64,000 bases of DNA, from positions 64,001-128,000 of the forward strand of contig CAXXWC010000019.1 in assembly GCA_963668645.2 (NCBI GenBank), given 5' to 3'. The position numbers and the translations under genes are program-made. The notes under the pieces were generated by a model. That model was not told the origin of the DNA. It saw nothing but the letters and a program-made list of their open reading frames with translations, and searched no databases. Origin of the DNA: Desulfobacterales bacterium. GTDB taxonomy: Bacteria; Desulfobacterota; Desulfobacteria; Desulfobacterales; UBA2174. Below, piece by piece: positions 53,528 through 63,670 of the stretch; position 1 is the stretch's first letter, and each line of letters begins with the position of its first letter.

Positions 53528-54829
53528 ATGAGCCCAACCGCTAGCGGAGTCGTCGGTCTGACGGCTCTTTTCGTCCTGATCTTTTCGCGCATGCCCGTCG
53601 GTTTCGTCATGATGCTGCTCGGGTTCGCCGGATTCGGCTATGTGGTCAACTTCAGCGCGTCCCTCAACGTGGTAGTCAGAGACCTCTTCGACGTCTTCGG
53701 GTCTTACAACCTGTCGGTGATCCCCCTGTTCATTCTCATGGGGCAGATCGCCTACCATTCGGGGATCAGCCGGCGGCTTTTCAACGTCGCCTACAAGTTC
53801 ATCGGCCACTGGCCCGGAGGCATGGCCATCGCCACTATCGGCGCCTGCGCCGGATTTTCGGCCATCTGCGGGTCAACCAACGCCACGGCAGCCACCATGG
53901 CGGCCGTGACCATGCCCGAAATGCGCCGCTACCGCTATCGGGACACCCTGGCCGCGGGAGTGGTGGCCGCCGGCGGCAGCCTGGGGATCATGATTCCGCC
54001 CAGCGTGATCTTCATCATTTATGGCATCATGACCGAACAGTCCATCGGCAAGCTCTTCATCGCCGGGGTTCTACCCGGGATCCTGCTGACCGTTCTCTTT
54101 GCCGCCACCGTCATTGTCTGGGCCGTTGTCGATCCCACCGTAGCCCCCCGCGGACCGCGAAGCGGCTGGAAAGAACGTTTCGATTCGCTGTCCGGGGTAG
54201 TGGAAACCCTGATCCTCTTCGTGCTGGTCATGGGCGGACTCTTTCTGGGGATCTGCACGCCCACCGAAGCCGGGGCCCTTGGCGCCTTCGGTACCCTGAC
54301 CATCGCCGTGGTGCGCCGCACCATAACCTGGCGCAACCTGGTGCAGGCCCTCCAAGAAACCACCCGCATCTCGTGCATGATCCTGGTGATCGTGGCCGGC
54401 GCCACCGTCTTCGGCCATTTCCTGGCCGTCACGCGCATCCCCTTCGATATCGCCAACTGGGTGGCGGGGTTTCAAATGCCCCCCGCGGTCATCATGAGCC
54501 TGATCATCCTGGTCTACCTGGTGGGTGGCTGCTTCATCGATTCGCTGGCCCTGATCATGCTCACCGTGCCGATCTTCTATCCGGTGGTGCTCGACCTGGG
54601 CTTCGATCCGATGTGGTTCGGGGTGGTCATCGTCCTGGTTACGCAGATCGGCGTGATCACCCCGCCGGTAGGGGTCAACGCCTACGTGGTCAGCGGGGTG
54701 GTGATGGACGTACCGCTGGAGGATATCTTCAAGGGCGTCGTACCGCTGTTGGGGGCCCTGATCATCGGCACCCTGTTGATGATCCCGTTTCCCCAGATCG
54801 CACTCTGGCTGCCGGGGCTGATGAAGTAG
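53528..54829 (+). CDS. dctM: TRAP transporter large permease
   Basis: IPLFILMG, GSLGIMIPPS, TPTEAGA, ITPPVGVN. Confidence 0.93.
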   Translation: MSPTASGVVGLTALFVLIFSRMPVGFVMMLLGFAGFGYVVNFSASLNVVVRDLFDVFGSYNLSVIPLFILMGQIAYHSGISRRLFNVAYKFIGHWPGGMAIATIGACAGFSAICGSTNATAATMAAVTMPEMRRYRYRDTLAAGVVAAGGSLGIMIPPSVIFIIYGIMTEQSIGKLFIAGVLPGILLTVLFAATVIVWAVVDPTVAPRGPRSGWKERFDSLSGVVETLILFVLVMGGLFLGICTPTEAGALGAFGTLTIAVVRRTITWRNLVQALQETTRISCMILVIVAGATVFGHFLAVTRIPFDIANWVAGFQMPPAVIMSLIILVYLVGGCFIDSLALIMLTVPIFYPVVLDLGFDPMWFGVVIVLVTQIGVITPPVGVNAYVVSGVVMDVPLEDIFKGVVPLLGALIIGTLLMIPFPQIALWLPGLMK

Positions 54830-54856
54830 CAAATGGGGGGAAAAACCGGCGCGGAC

Positions 54857-55288
54857 CTATAGAGAATAGAGCTGTTCGGCCGAAAGCACGTTGACACCGC
54901 CTGCCTGGAGCGTGGCGACGGCTCCGTTCAGATCCTCGAGGTTGAGGATCAACACGGCCTTCTCGCCGTTTTTCTGCACAAAAGCGTACATATACTCCAC
55001 GTTGCGCCCCTGCTGGGCCAGCAGCCGCAGCAGCCGGCCCAGGGATCCGGGGCGATCGTCGATCTCTATGGCGATCACCTCGCTTTGGCGCACCGGGTAG
55101 CCGTAATCCTTCAGCACCCGGCTGGCCTTGGCCGTATCGTCCAGCACCATGCGCAGGACCCCGAAATCCTTGGTATCGGCCAGGCTCATGGCACGGATGT
55201 TGACCCCGATCTCGCCAAGGATGGCGGCGATATCCGCCATCGTTCCGGGGCTGTTGGAGACGAACAACGACAGTTGCGGAATCTTCAT
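54857..55288 (-). CDS. Tandem ACT-domain protein
   Basis: QLSLFVSNSPG...NIRAMSLADTKDFGVLR...DDRPGSL...NVEYMYAF. GGAGG upstream of ATG 55288. Confidence 0.9.
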   Translation of the reverse strand: MKIPQLSLFVSNSPGTMADIAAILGEIGVNIRAMSLADTKDFGVLRMVLDDTAKASRVLKDYGYPVRQSEVIAIEIDDRPGSLGRLLRLLAQQGRNVEYMYAFVQKNGEKAVLILNLEDLNGAVATLQAGGVNVLSAEQLYSL

Positions 55289-55409
55289 GGCCCCTCCCGG
55301 GGTGGTTGGTGAGTCAACGAAAACGCGCCGGTGCTTTCCATCCAGCGAAGCCGGTTCAGCGCGCAAAGATTCTGCACCTTCGGATCCTAAATTTCAAGTC
55401 GCCCGTTTT

Positions 55410-56447
55410 TCAAACCGGATACGGCACCTGATCCAGGCCGTCGCTTTCGGCTAGGCCGAGCATCAGGTTCATGTTCTGCACCGCCTGGCCTGCGGCCCCT
55501 TTTACCAGGTTGTCGATGGCCGACATGAGAATCAAGCGCCGGTGCGGCCGGTCCAGGACCAGCCCGATATCGCAGTAGTTGGTGCCGCGCACATGCCGGG
55601 TATCCGGCACCTGGCCCAGGGGTCGGATCCTCACGAAGGGCCGCCCGGCGTAAAATTCGCGCAGGCAGTCGCGCACCGCCGCCTCATCGACCCCGGAGGC
55701 CGGAAGGGCGTAAATCGTGGTCTGCATCCCGCGGCTCATGGGCACCAGGTGGGGCACGAAGGTCAGGCCGACCGGGCGGCCGGCCTGTTCGCCAAGGATC
55801 GCCTCCATCTCCGGATTGTGCCGGTGCTGGGCGACCTTGTAAGGCTTGAACGACTCGCCCGCCTCGCAGATATGCACCGCCAGCGAAGGCGAGCGCCCCG
55901 CCCCGCTGACCCCGGACTTGGCGTCCGCCACCAGGCCATCGGTCTCGATCAATCCGGCCCGCAGGAGAGGGATAAGCGGCAACAGCACGCTGGTGGGATA
56001 GCATCCCGGGTTGCCCACGATAACAGCCCCGGCGATGGCTTCGTCGTAGACCTCGCTCAGCCCGTAAACCGACCGGGCGCACCACTGGCGCGCCGCATGC
56101 GGCTGATAGGCCGCCTCGTATCGATCCGGGTCCCGGAAGCGAAAATCGGCCGAAAGATCGATGACCCGTTTGCCCGCTTCCACCAGCGGCGGGACGATGG
56201 TCATGGGCAGTTTGTGGGGCAAGGCGGTAAAGACCACATCGGCGGCCTCGGCGATCGCCTCGGAGGTAAAGGCCTGGCAGGTCAGATCGACGCGGCCGGT
56301 CATGGCCGGAAACACCTCGGCCAGGGGCACGCCGGCATACTGGCGCGAAGTGACCAGGGTCAGCTGCACCCCGGGATGGCCGGCCAGAATACGCACCAGT
56401 TCGGCTCCGGCATAGCCGGTGGCGCCGATGACGGCAACACGGGTCAT
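55410..56447 (-). CDS. argC: N-acetyl-gamma-glutamyl-phosphate reductase
   Basis: GATGYAG, IDLSADFR, NPGCYPT, SGVSGAGR, DNLVKGAAGQAVQNMN. Confidence 0.96.
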   Translation of the reverse strand: MTRVAVIGATGYAGAELVRILAGHPGVQLTLVTSRQYAGVPLAEVFPAMTGRVDLTCQAFTSEAIAEAADVVFTALPHKLPMTIVPPLVEAGKRVIDLSADFRFRDPDRYEAAYQPHAARQWCARSVYGLSEVYDEAIAGAVIVGNPGCYPTSVLLPLIPLLRAGLIETDGLVADAKSGVSGAGRSPSLAVHICEAGESFKPYKVAQHRHNPEMEAILGEQAGRPVGLTFVPHLVPMSRGMQTTIYALPASGVDEAAVRDCLREFYAGRPFVRIRPLGQVPDTRHVRGTNYCDIGLVLDRPHRRLILMSAIDNLVKGAAGQAVQNMNLMLGLAESDGLDQVPYPV

Positions 56448-56512
56448 GGAATTTTCCTTCCGTTCATATACGTCTTATAAGACCTATATGACCTATAAGC
56501 ACTAGCGGTCTT

Positions 56513-57229
56513 TCACCCGCCCAAATAGGCCGCCTTGATTTCCGGATTGTCGAGCAGATCGCGGCTTTTGCCTTCCAGGACAAGGTGACCTGTTTCCAGT
56601 ACATAGCCGCGCTGGGCGAATTTCAGGGCCAGCCGGGCGTTTTGTTCGACGAGCAGGATGGCGGTGCCCTCCCGGGCGTTGATCTCTTTTAAGGCATCGA
56701 AAACCCCGAGCATCAACAAGGGTGCAAGCCCCATGGAGGGCTCGTCTAAAAGCATCATGCGCCGGCCGCTCATGAAGGCGCGGCCGATGGCCAGCATCTG
56801 CTGCTCCCCGCCGGAAAGGGTGCCTGCCTTTTGCTGATCCCGCTCCTTGAGGCGCGGGAACAGGGCGAAGACCCGCTCCAGGTCTTCATCGATACGCTCC
56901 CGGTCCCGGCGGGCGAAACAGGCCAGAATCAGGTTTTCCATCACGGTCAGATTGCCGAAAAGACGCCGGCCCTCGGGCACATGGCTGATCCCGAGCCGGC
57001 TGACGACCTTGTCGGGCGCAAAGGCGAGCAGATCCTGGCCCCGGTAAGTCATGCGACTGCCTTCGAGAACCGGCACCATACGCGATATGGCGCGCAGAGC
57101 CGTGCTCTTGCCGGCCCCGTTGGCACCGATGATGGTGATGATCTCGCCCTCATCGATGCTGAAACTAACGCCCTGCAAGGCCTTGATCTGGCCGTAGGAG
57201 ACCCGCAAATTTTCCACTTCGAGCAGCAT
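56513..57229 (-). CDS. livF: Branched-chain amino acid ABC transporter ATP-binding protein
   Basis: GANGAGKST, VPEGRRLF, LSGGEQQMLAIGRA, LDEPSMGLAP. Start MLLEV at 57229. Confidence 0.92.
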   Translation of the reverse strand: MLLEVENLRVSYGQIKALQGVSFSIDEGEIITIIGANGAGKSTALRAISRMVPVLEGSRMTYRGQDLLAFAPDKVVSRLGISHVPEGRRLFGNLTVMENLILACFARRDRERIDEDLERVFALFPRLKERDQQKAGTLSGGEQQMLAIGRAFMSGRRMMLLDEPSMGLAPLLMLGVFDALKEINAREGTAILLVEQNARLALKFAQRGYVLETGHLVLEGKSRDLLDNPEIKAAYLGG

Positions 57230-57999
57230 TATTCCACCGTTTCCTTGCCCAGGTAGGCTTCGATCACCTGCGGATTGTTCTGAATCTCCTCGGGTGTGCC
57301 TTCGGCGATCACCTCCCCGAAGACCAGGGTCTGAATCCGATGGCACAACTCCATGACCATCTTCAGGCGGTGCTCGATGAGAAAAATCGCCAGGCCCAGT
57401 TGCTGGTGAAGCTGGCGGATGATGCCCATCATCTGGCCGAGTTCCTCGGGGGTCATGCCCACGGTGGGTTCGTCGAGAAAAAGCACCTTGGGTTCCACGG
57501 CCAGGGCCCGGGCCAACTCCACGCGGCGCTGTGCTCCGTAGGGCAGGTTCAACACCCCCTGGTCGGCCAGGTGCCCGATGCCCACCAGATCGAGCAGCTC
57601 CCGCGACCTCGCCTCGATGTACGCCTCCTGGCGGTGGCGCTTGGGAGTGGCGAAAAAAGCGCCGGCCAGCCCGTATTCGATGCGCGCATAGTGGGCCATG
57701 CGCACGTGATCGAGGACCGACATGTGCCGCCAGAGACAAAGATTCTGGAAGGTCCGCCCCAGCCCGCGGGCCGCGATCTGGTTGGGGGCCAACCCGACGA
57801 TGGACCGGTCGTTGAGCAGAATGTCTCCCTGGCTCGGTTTGTAGATCCCGGTAAGCAGGTTGAAGATGGTGGTCTTGCCTGCGCCGTTGGGACCGATGAG
57901 CCCGACGATCTGGCCGGTCTCGATCTTCAGATTGTAGTCGTACACAGCCCGCAGGCCGCCGAAATAATGGGTCATATGCTCAACGCGCAGCAATCCCAT
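57229..57999 (-). CDS. livG: Branched-chain amino acid ABC transporter ATP-binding protein
   Basis: FGGLRAV, GPNGAGKTT, RTFQN, LPYGAQRRVELARAL, VIEAYLG. Confidence 0.92.
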   Translation of the reverse strand: MGLLRVEHMTHYFGGLRAVYDYNLKIETGQIVGLIGPNGAGKTTIFNLLTGIYKPSQGDILLNDRSIVGLAPNQIAARGLGRTFQNLCLWRHMSVLDHVRMAHYARIEYGLAGAFFATPKRHRQEAYIEARSRELLDLVGIGHLADQGVLNLPYGAQRRVELARALAVEPKVLFLDEPTVGMTPEELGQMMGIIRQLHQQLGLAIFLIEHRLKMVMELCHRIQTLVFGEVIAEGTPEEIQNNPQVIEAYLGKETVE

Positions 58000-58000
58000 A

Positions 58001-59356
58001 TCACACCTTTGGTCCCGGTTCGGTTCGCGGTGCCATGGCCTTGCGCAGGTCGAAATCGCGAAAGGCGACCAGCCCGGTGGGCCGGTAAATCATCACCAGA
58101 ATGAGCAGCAGCGGGATGAAGATCCACTTGAGGATCTCCAGGGGCCGCAACGCCTCGCCGAGCAGACTGATCGACACCGCCCCCACGATGGAACCGTACA
58201 CCGAATTGAGCCCCCCGAAGTAGACCATGGCCAGAACCTCGGCCAGCTTCTGGACCCCGAACATGGCCGGATTGATGTAGCGCAGCACGTGGGCCAGCAG
58301 GCCGCCGGCGACACCGGCCCAGAAAGCGCCCACCAGAAAGGCGGTCATCTTGGCCTGGCGGGTATTGACGGTCATGGCCTCGGCCGCCAGTTCGTCGTCG
58401 CGCACCGCATTGAGGGCCTTGCCCAAAGTCGAGGTAACGAAGTTGTTGATCATCCAGATCCCGAGGACCACGACGGTGAAGATCACCGGCAGGCTGGCCC
58501 AGTCCGGCTGGCCGGCGATGCCTCGCGCCCCGCCGAGGGATTGAAGATTCTCGAAGAGGCTCTTAATGATGAACAGAAAGGCCAGGCTGATGATGGCCAG
58601 GTAGTCTCCCCGGGTTTTGAACGACGGGATGGCGACGATCAGGGCGCCGATGGCCGCTGCGATCCCTCCGACAACGAGGGCCAGCGGGAAGGTCAGATAA
58701 TCCATCGGCATGGCGATCAGGGCCTTGCCCAGGACCTTGTCGTCAACGAAAAGGCCCACGGTGAACAGGGACGAAACGTACGCCCCGATGGCCATGAACC
58801 CCGGATGGGAGCAGGAAAACTCGCCCATGTACCCGTTGATGATGTTCAGGCTCAGGGTAAAGAGCACCGCGATGAGGGTCAGGTTCAGGGTGATGAGCCG
58901 ATAATCGCTCATGCCGGCCCAGATATGCAGGGTGAAATAGATCAGCGCCAGGTGCACCAGCGCGGATACCAGCAAGGGCATGCGGCCGAGAACCCGGGCG
59001 GCCCGGTTGGCCGGGCCGGCACCCAGGCGGCCGACGATGATCATGGGGGCCAGATAGACGATGGCGAAATAGACCAGGGCCGCCGGTACCTGGAGCAGGC
59101 TGCCGGCCTCAAAGGCCGCGTCCTTGAACAGGGCGTTGAGCACTCCGGCCACGACCTTGGAGATGGTCAGGATTCCGAAGAGCACCGGCATCTTGGTAAG
59201 CTGGAGAACTTCGGCCAGGCGTTCACCGAAAAAGTTCTCGATGAGCACGCCGGCCATGGCCCCGAGGAGAACGCCGAGCAGGGGCGCTGGACCGATAATC
59301 CGGTCCAGAACGTGCCGGGCGCCGCCGGGTAAAGTCGTTGCTTGAGTCTGGGTCAT
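58001..59356 (-). CDS. livM: Branched-chain amino acid ABC transporter permease with an N-terminal membrane extension
   Basis: SLNIINGYMGEFS, RGDYLAI, AVRDDELAAEAM, GGLNS, RPTGL. Confidence 0.88.
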   Translation of the reverse strand: MTQTQATTLPGGARHVLDRIIGPAPLLGVLLGAMAGVLIENFFGERLAEVLQLTKMPVLFGILTISKVVAGVLNALFKDAAFEAGSLLQVPAALVYFAIVYLAPMIIVGRLGAGPANRAARVLGRMPLLVSALVHLALIYFTLHIWAGMSDYRLITLNLTLIAVLFTLSLNIINGYMGEFSCSHPGFMAIGAYVSSLFTVGLFVDDKVLGKALIAMPMDYLTFPLALVVGGIAAAIGALIVAIPSFKTRGDYLAIISLAFLFIIKSLFENLQSLGGARGIAGQPDWASLPVIFTVVVLGIWMINNFVTSTLGKALNAVRDDELAAEAMTVNTRQAKMTAFLVGAFWAGVAGGLLAHVLRYINPAMFGVQKLAEVLAMVYFGGLNSVYGSIVGAVSISLLGEALRPLEILKWIFIPLLLILVMIYRPTGLVAFRDFDLRKAMAPRTEPGPKV

Positions 59357-59396
59357 GGAACCGCTTCCTTGTACCGCCGGCCGCCGCCGGGCCCCA

Positions 59397-60362
59397 TCAG
59401 AGGCGCAGCTTGGCGCTGTACGGTTCACCGAAAAGCCCGTGGGGGCGAAAAACGAGGATCACCAGCACGATGGAATAGGCGATCAGATCACGTAGATTGG
59501 AACCGATATTGAGCGCGAAGAGTCGATTGACGATCTGGATTCCCGGAACGGTCATAATCTCGATAAAACCGAGCATGAAGCCGGCGATACAGGCCCCCAT
59601 GATGGAACCACGCCCCCCGAGAATCGCGGCCACGAACGCTTTCCAGCCGAAACTGACCCCCATGTAGGGGTCCAGGACCGGGTAGGCCAGCCCGAAGAGG
59701 ATGCCCGCCGCGGCGGCCAGGGCCGAGCCGAGGGCGAAGGTCATCACCGCAATGGTGTTCAACGGCACGCCCACCAGCGGCACCACCACGAAATCGTAGG
59801 CCATGGCGCGCATCGCCATGCCCCAGCGCGAGCGGGTGACGAACTGGTGCAGCGCGATCATCAGGCCGAGGGAGACCAGCACGATCATGATCTTCTTGTT
59901 GGTGATGAAGATCCCGCCGAGGTTGTAGGTCTGCGACTTGATCAACTGGGGAAAGGCCAGCCGCTGCCCCCCGAGAAACAGGATGTTGCTCGTTTCGAGG
60001 ATGATCCCGATCATCAGGCCGGTGATGGCCGCCGAGGCCCGCGGCGCATCGCGCAACGGGCGGTAGCCGATCCGTTCGACGATGATCCCCACAAAGGCGG
60101 TCAGAAACATGGAGATCAGGATGGTGGCCACCAGGACAATCCACCCGGGCACGATGGCGGCGGCCCCCGTACCCACGAGCTTTAGCAGCACCAGCGAGAC
60201 CCCCAGGCCGATATAGGCGCCCACCATGAAGATGTCGCCGTGGGCGAAGTTAAACAGCATCAAGATGCTGTAAACCATCGAATAGCCTAGGGCGATCAGG
60301 GCGTAGAAACTTCCCCACTGCAAAGCGTTGATCAGGTTTTGCATGAAAAAATTGAAATTCAT
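59397..60362 (-). CDS. livH: Branched-chain amino acid ABC transporter permease
   Basis: GSFYALIALGYSMVY...NFAHGD, GMAMRA, KAFVAAILGG. Confidence 0.92.
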   Translation of the reverse strand: MNFNFFMQNLINALQWGSFYALIALGYSMVYSILMLFNFAHGDIFMVGAYIGLGVSLVLLKLVGTGAAAIVPGWIVLVATILISMFLTAFVGIIVERIGYRPLRDAPRASAAITGLMIGIILETSNILFLGGQRLAFPQLIKSQTYNLGGIFITNKKIMIVLVSLGLMIALHQFVTRSRWGMAMRAMAYDFVVVPLVGVPLNTIAVMTFALGSALAAAAGILFGLAYPVLDPYMGVSFGWKAFVAAILGGRGSIMGACIAGFMLGFIEIMTVPGIQIVNRLFALNIGSNLRDLIAYSIVLVILVFRPHGLFGEPYSAKLRL

Positions 60363-60388
60363 GCAGGGTCCCTTTCATGAACAAGCCA

Positions 60389-60419
60389 AGGGGCTCGGGA
60401 ATGCACCCGCCGAGCCCCT
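60389..60419. terminator. Intergenic stem-loop after the binding-protein gene (mRNA stabiliser or attenuator)
   Basis: Perfect 10-bp stem AGGGGCTCGG / CCGAGCCCCT with an 11-nt loop; no strong U tract. Confidence 0.55.
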
Positions 60420-60460
60420 CACTTTACGTTGCGGCTTCCCGCGATGGGAAACGGATCAGA

Positions 60461-61624
60461 TCACGGGCAAACGGACTTGTGAAAGGCAAACTGGCCCTGA
60501 TCGTTGATTTTCACCACTACGGCGCACTTGATCGGATCCCCCTCGGGGGTAAAGGTCATGTTGCCGGTGATGCCCGGATAGTTCTTGACCTGCGCCAGCG
60601 CGTCCTTGACTTTGGTCCGGTCCGCCTTGATATCGCCGCTCAGGCCACCGGTGTTCTCGATGGCCTTGATCATCAGGCCCAGGGCATCCCAGGTCAGGGC
60701 CGCCACGTCGTCCGGGGTTTTGCCGTAAGCGGCGCTGTACTCGTCGATAAAAGCCTTGGTGGCGCCCTGGGCACCGGCTGCGGCGTAGTGGGTGGAGAAG
60801 TAAAAGCCCTTGCAGGCGTCCCCGCAAAGCCCCATCAGGTCCCCGCTACCCCAGGAGTCGGACCCCAGGATCGGCTTGTTGAAGCCGTTTTCCTGGGCGG
60901 CGCGGACAATCAGCGGCACCTCGGAGTAGTACTGCGGGGTGAAGAGCACATCAGCCCCGGAGGCCACGATATTGGCCATCTGGGCCGAAAAGTCCTTGTC
61001 GCCGGTGGTAAACGACTCGAAGGCCACCACCGAACCGGGGCCGTGGATCTTTTCGAAAGCCTGCTTGAAGAACTCGGCAAGCCCTTTGGGATAGTCGGCC
61101 GCAATGTCATAAAGCACGGCGGCCTTTTTAGCCTTGAGTTCGTCGGTGGCGAAGTTGGCGATCACCGGCCCCTGGAACGGATCCAGAAAACAGCCACGGA
61201 AAACGTAGGGCCGGTTCAAGGTGGTATTGGGATTGGTGGACCAGGGCGAAATCATGGGAGTGGCATAGTTGTTGGCCACCTCGCCGGCCGGAACCGCCTG
61301 GCTGGAGGACTGGGGCCCGACGATCCCGAGCACCTCTTCTTCGGTGATCAGCTTGGTGGCCGCCTTGACGGCCGACTCGGCCTTGTACTCGTTGTCCTCG
61401 TAAATAAACTTCAGATCGTAGGCCTTGCCCGCCACGGTGACGGTGGGGAATTTCTTGAGGTACATCTGGGCTGCGTTCTTGCTCGAAGCCCCCACGTCCG
61501 GGTTTTCGCCGGTCAGGGGGATGGGAAAACCGAGACGGATGACATCGTTCGCGGCCCAAGCAACGGGGGATAAGACCAGTGCCAGACCAATCAGGGTAAC
61601 GATCAAAAGCAGTCCTTTTCGCAT
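60461..61624 (-). CDS. livK: Branched-chain amino acid ABC transporter substrate-binding protein
   Basis: Signal peptide, PLTG, MISPWSTNP, YVFRGCFLDPFQG, DKDFSAQ, GITG; AAAAGGAGG RBS. Confidence 0.9.
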   Translation of the reverse strand: MRKGLLLIVTLIGLALVLSPVAWAANDVIRLGFPIPLTGENPDVGASSKNAAQMYLKKFPTVTVAGKAYDLKFIYEDNEYKAESAVKAATKLITEEEVLGIVGPQSSSQAVPAGEVANNYATPMISPWSTNPNTTLNRPYVFRGCFLDPFQGPVIANFATDELKAKKAAVLYDIAADYPKGLAEFFKQAFEKIHGPGSVVAFESFTTGDKDFSAQMANIVASGADVLFTPQYYSEVPLIVRAAQENGFNKPILGSDSWGSGDLMGLCGDACKGFYFSTHYAAAGAQGATKAFIDEYSAAYGKTPDDVAALTWDALGLMIKAIENTGGLSGDIKADRTKVKDALAQVKNYPGITGNMTFTPEGDPIKCAVVVKINDQGQFAFHKSVCP

Positions 61625-61717
61625 CGGCGCCTCCTTTTGCCCTCAAGATGTGAATGGATCGATAATGGGGAGATTCGGCCGGTCTCGTCCTGCAACCGGT
61701 TCAGGGGTAAGGCAAAG

Positions 61718-61746
61718 TTGATAACACAGGCCCGTGGATATGGCAA
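61718..61746 (-). promoter_or_regulatory. Probable sigma70 promoter of the liv-argC operon
   Basis: TTGCCA, 17 nt, TATCAA on the minus strand. Confidence 0.5.
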
Positions 61747-61917
61747 CGGGCTTTTTGTGCTTCCAGCTCCGAATCAACCACCTGATTTAGTACAAGAAAA
61801 AAACAGACCGCAACTGTGAGTCCGACAACACCCGCAGACCGCCGCGACCCCTACGGGGACCGAAAATTATCACGGCCCGGAAAACAAACAAGGCCTGGCT
61901 CGACCGGTGAAAAGCGC

Positions 61918-62124
61918 TCAGCGCCGCAAATCCCGGATCAAGTCCTGGATGATTCCCAGAACGTTGCGCCCGCGCTCACGTGCGATGCGTCCCGCCTCGT
62001 CGACCACCGCTGTCGCCTGGCGTTGCAAGTCATCCGGCGACGGCCTCGGCAGGCCCCGCTGCTCGTACTGGCGCGCCAACAGCCGCCGGGCCAGGTTGAT
62101 TTTTTGGTCGCGGATAAAGCCCAT
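61918..62124 (-). CDS. Small helical hypothetical protein (68 aa)
   Basis: Co-oriented with pyk, coding-like codon usage, amphipathic sequence MGFIRDQKINLARRLL...IIQDLIRDLRR. Confidence 0.65.
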   Translation of the reverse strand: MGFIRDQKINLARRLLARQYEQRGLPRPSPDDLQRQATAVVDEAGRIARERGRNVLGIIQDLIRDLRR

Positions 62125-62176
62125 GGGGTGACTTCTTTGTTTGTTGCAAGAGGCGCAATGCAGGGGCGGATGTGGG

Positions 62177-62216
62177 GGAGAGGCGAAAAATCTTTCGCCT
62201 CTACGACAACCCCTAC
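62177..62216. repeat. GTAG-type REP palindrome downstream of pyk
   Basis: GGAGAGGCGAAAAATCTTTCGCCTCTAC (62177-62204) followed by CCCCTAC (62210-62216). Confidence 0.75.
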
Positions 62217-63616
62217 AACCGTTTAACCCACAGCATGTTGGTGGTCCCGGCGGCGTAAAGCGGTCTGCCGGCGGTGATCACCGCCAGATCCCCGGCAGCC
62301 GCCTTGCCGCTGTCCAGGGCCGAAGCAGCCGCTTTTTCGATCATCTCGTCGGTATCGTCGCTCAGCTCCAGGCACCACGGCACGCAGCCCCAGACCAGGG
62401 TCAGGCGCCGGGTGGTCTCGGGATCCGGGCTCAAGGCGATGATCTTGGGCCGGGGGCGAAACCGGGCGATGTGCATGGCCGTGGCGCCGCTGCGGGTGGT
62501 GGCCACGATGGCCGGAGCGTCCAGGTGCTCGGCCGTCACGCAGGCCGCATAGGAAACGATCTGGGAAACCCCCTGGCGCGGCACCATCTCGAGATATTTG
62601 GCATGGGGATAGCGGACCTCGGCGCTGCGGGCGATCTGGGTCATATAGCGTACCGCTTCCACCGGATAGCGGCCGCTGGCGGTCTCCTCGCTGAGCATGA
62701 CGGCATCGGCGCCGTCGAGAACCGCGTTGGCCACATCGGCGGCCTCGGCCCGGGTCGGCCGTGGAGAGTCCACCATCGAGCGGAGCATCTGGGTGGCGAT
62801 GATCACCGGTTTTCCCGCCATGTTGGCCTGGCGTACAATCTCCTTTTGAATGTTGGGCACTGTTTCCAGGGGTATTTCTACCCCCAGGTCGCCCCGGGCC
62901 ACCATGATGGCGTCCGCCACCTCGATGATGGCCTCGATATTTTCCAGGGCCTCGTGCTTTTCGATCTTGGCCACGATGGGCGTGGTCAAACCGGCCAGAT
63001 GAATCCGCCGGCGCACGCTGAGCACGTCCTCGGCGCGGCGGACAAAAGACAGGGCCACGAAATCGACGCCGTTTTCGAGCCCGAAGGCCAGGTCCGCCAG
63101 GTCTTTTTCCGTCACGGCGGGCGCATCGATGCTCCCCGTCGGCAGGTTGATTCCTTTATGGCTGGTAAGTATCCCCCCGGTTATCACGCGGCAGAAAAGT
63201 TCGCTGCGGGTGGTCTTTTCCACCACCAGTTCCAGCAGCCCGTCGGCCAAGAGCAGCCGGTCACCGATCTTGGCGTCCCGGGGCAGGTTTGCGTAGGACA
63301 CCGAGACGCGATCTTCGCTGCCTTCCACCGTTTCGGTGGTCAGCACAAAGGCTTTGCCCGACATCAACCGCACGCCCGGTTCGGGGATGTTGCCGATACG
63401 AATCTTGGGACCGCACAGATCCTGCAAGATCCCCACCGGTTCGTTCTCTTCGGCCGAAATGGCACGGATGCGCGCGATGACCTCACGGTGTTCCTCGTGG
63501 GTGCCATGGGAGAAATTGAGGCGCGCCACGCTCATCCCGTTGCGGATCAATCCCCGGATTGTTTCCACAGAACGGCTCGACGGCCCGATGGTACATACGA
63601 TCTTGGTGCGCGGCAT
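62213..63616 (-). CDS. pyk: Pyruvate kinase
   Basis: RTKIVCTIGP, ARLNFSHG, AKIEK, MVARGDLGVE, ATQMLRSM, PTRAE, MLSEETA. Confidence 0.97.
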   Translation of the reverse strand: MPRTKIVCTIGPSSRSVETIRGLIRNGMSVARLNFSHGTHEEHREVIARIRAISAEENEPVGILQDLCGPKIRIGNIPEPGVRLMSGKAFVLTTETVEGSEDRVSVSYANLPRDAKIGDRLLLADGLLELVVEKTTRSELFCRVITGGILTSHKGINLPTGSIDAPAVTEKDLADLAFGLENGVDFVALSFVRRAEDVLSVRRRIHLAGLTTPIVAKIEKHEALENIEAIIEVADAIMVARGDLGVEIPLETVPNIQKEIVRQANMAGKPVIIATQMLRSMVDSPRPTRAEAADVANAVLDGADAVMLSEETASGRYPVEAVRYMTQIARSAEVRYPHAKYLEMVPRQGVSQIVSYAACVTAEHLDAPAIVATTRSGATAMHIARFRPRPKIIALSPDPETTRRLTLVWGCVPWCLELSDDTDEMIEKAAASALDSGKAAAGDLAVITAGRPLYAAGTTNMLWVKRL

Positions 63617-63670
63617 GGCGCCTCTCCTAACTTAAATTTCGGCTCTCGCCGTAAAACGGAACGGCATGGA

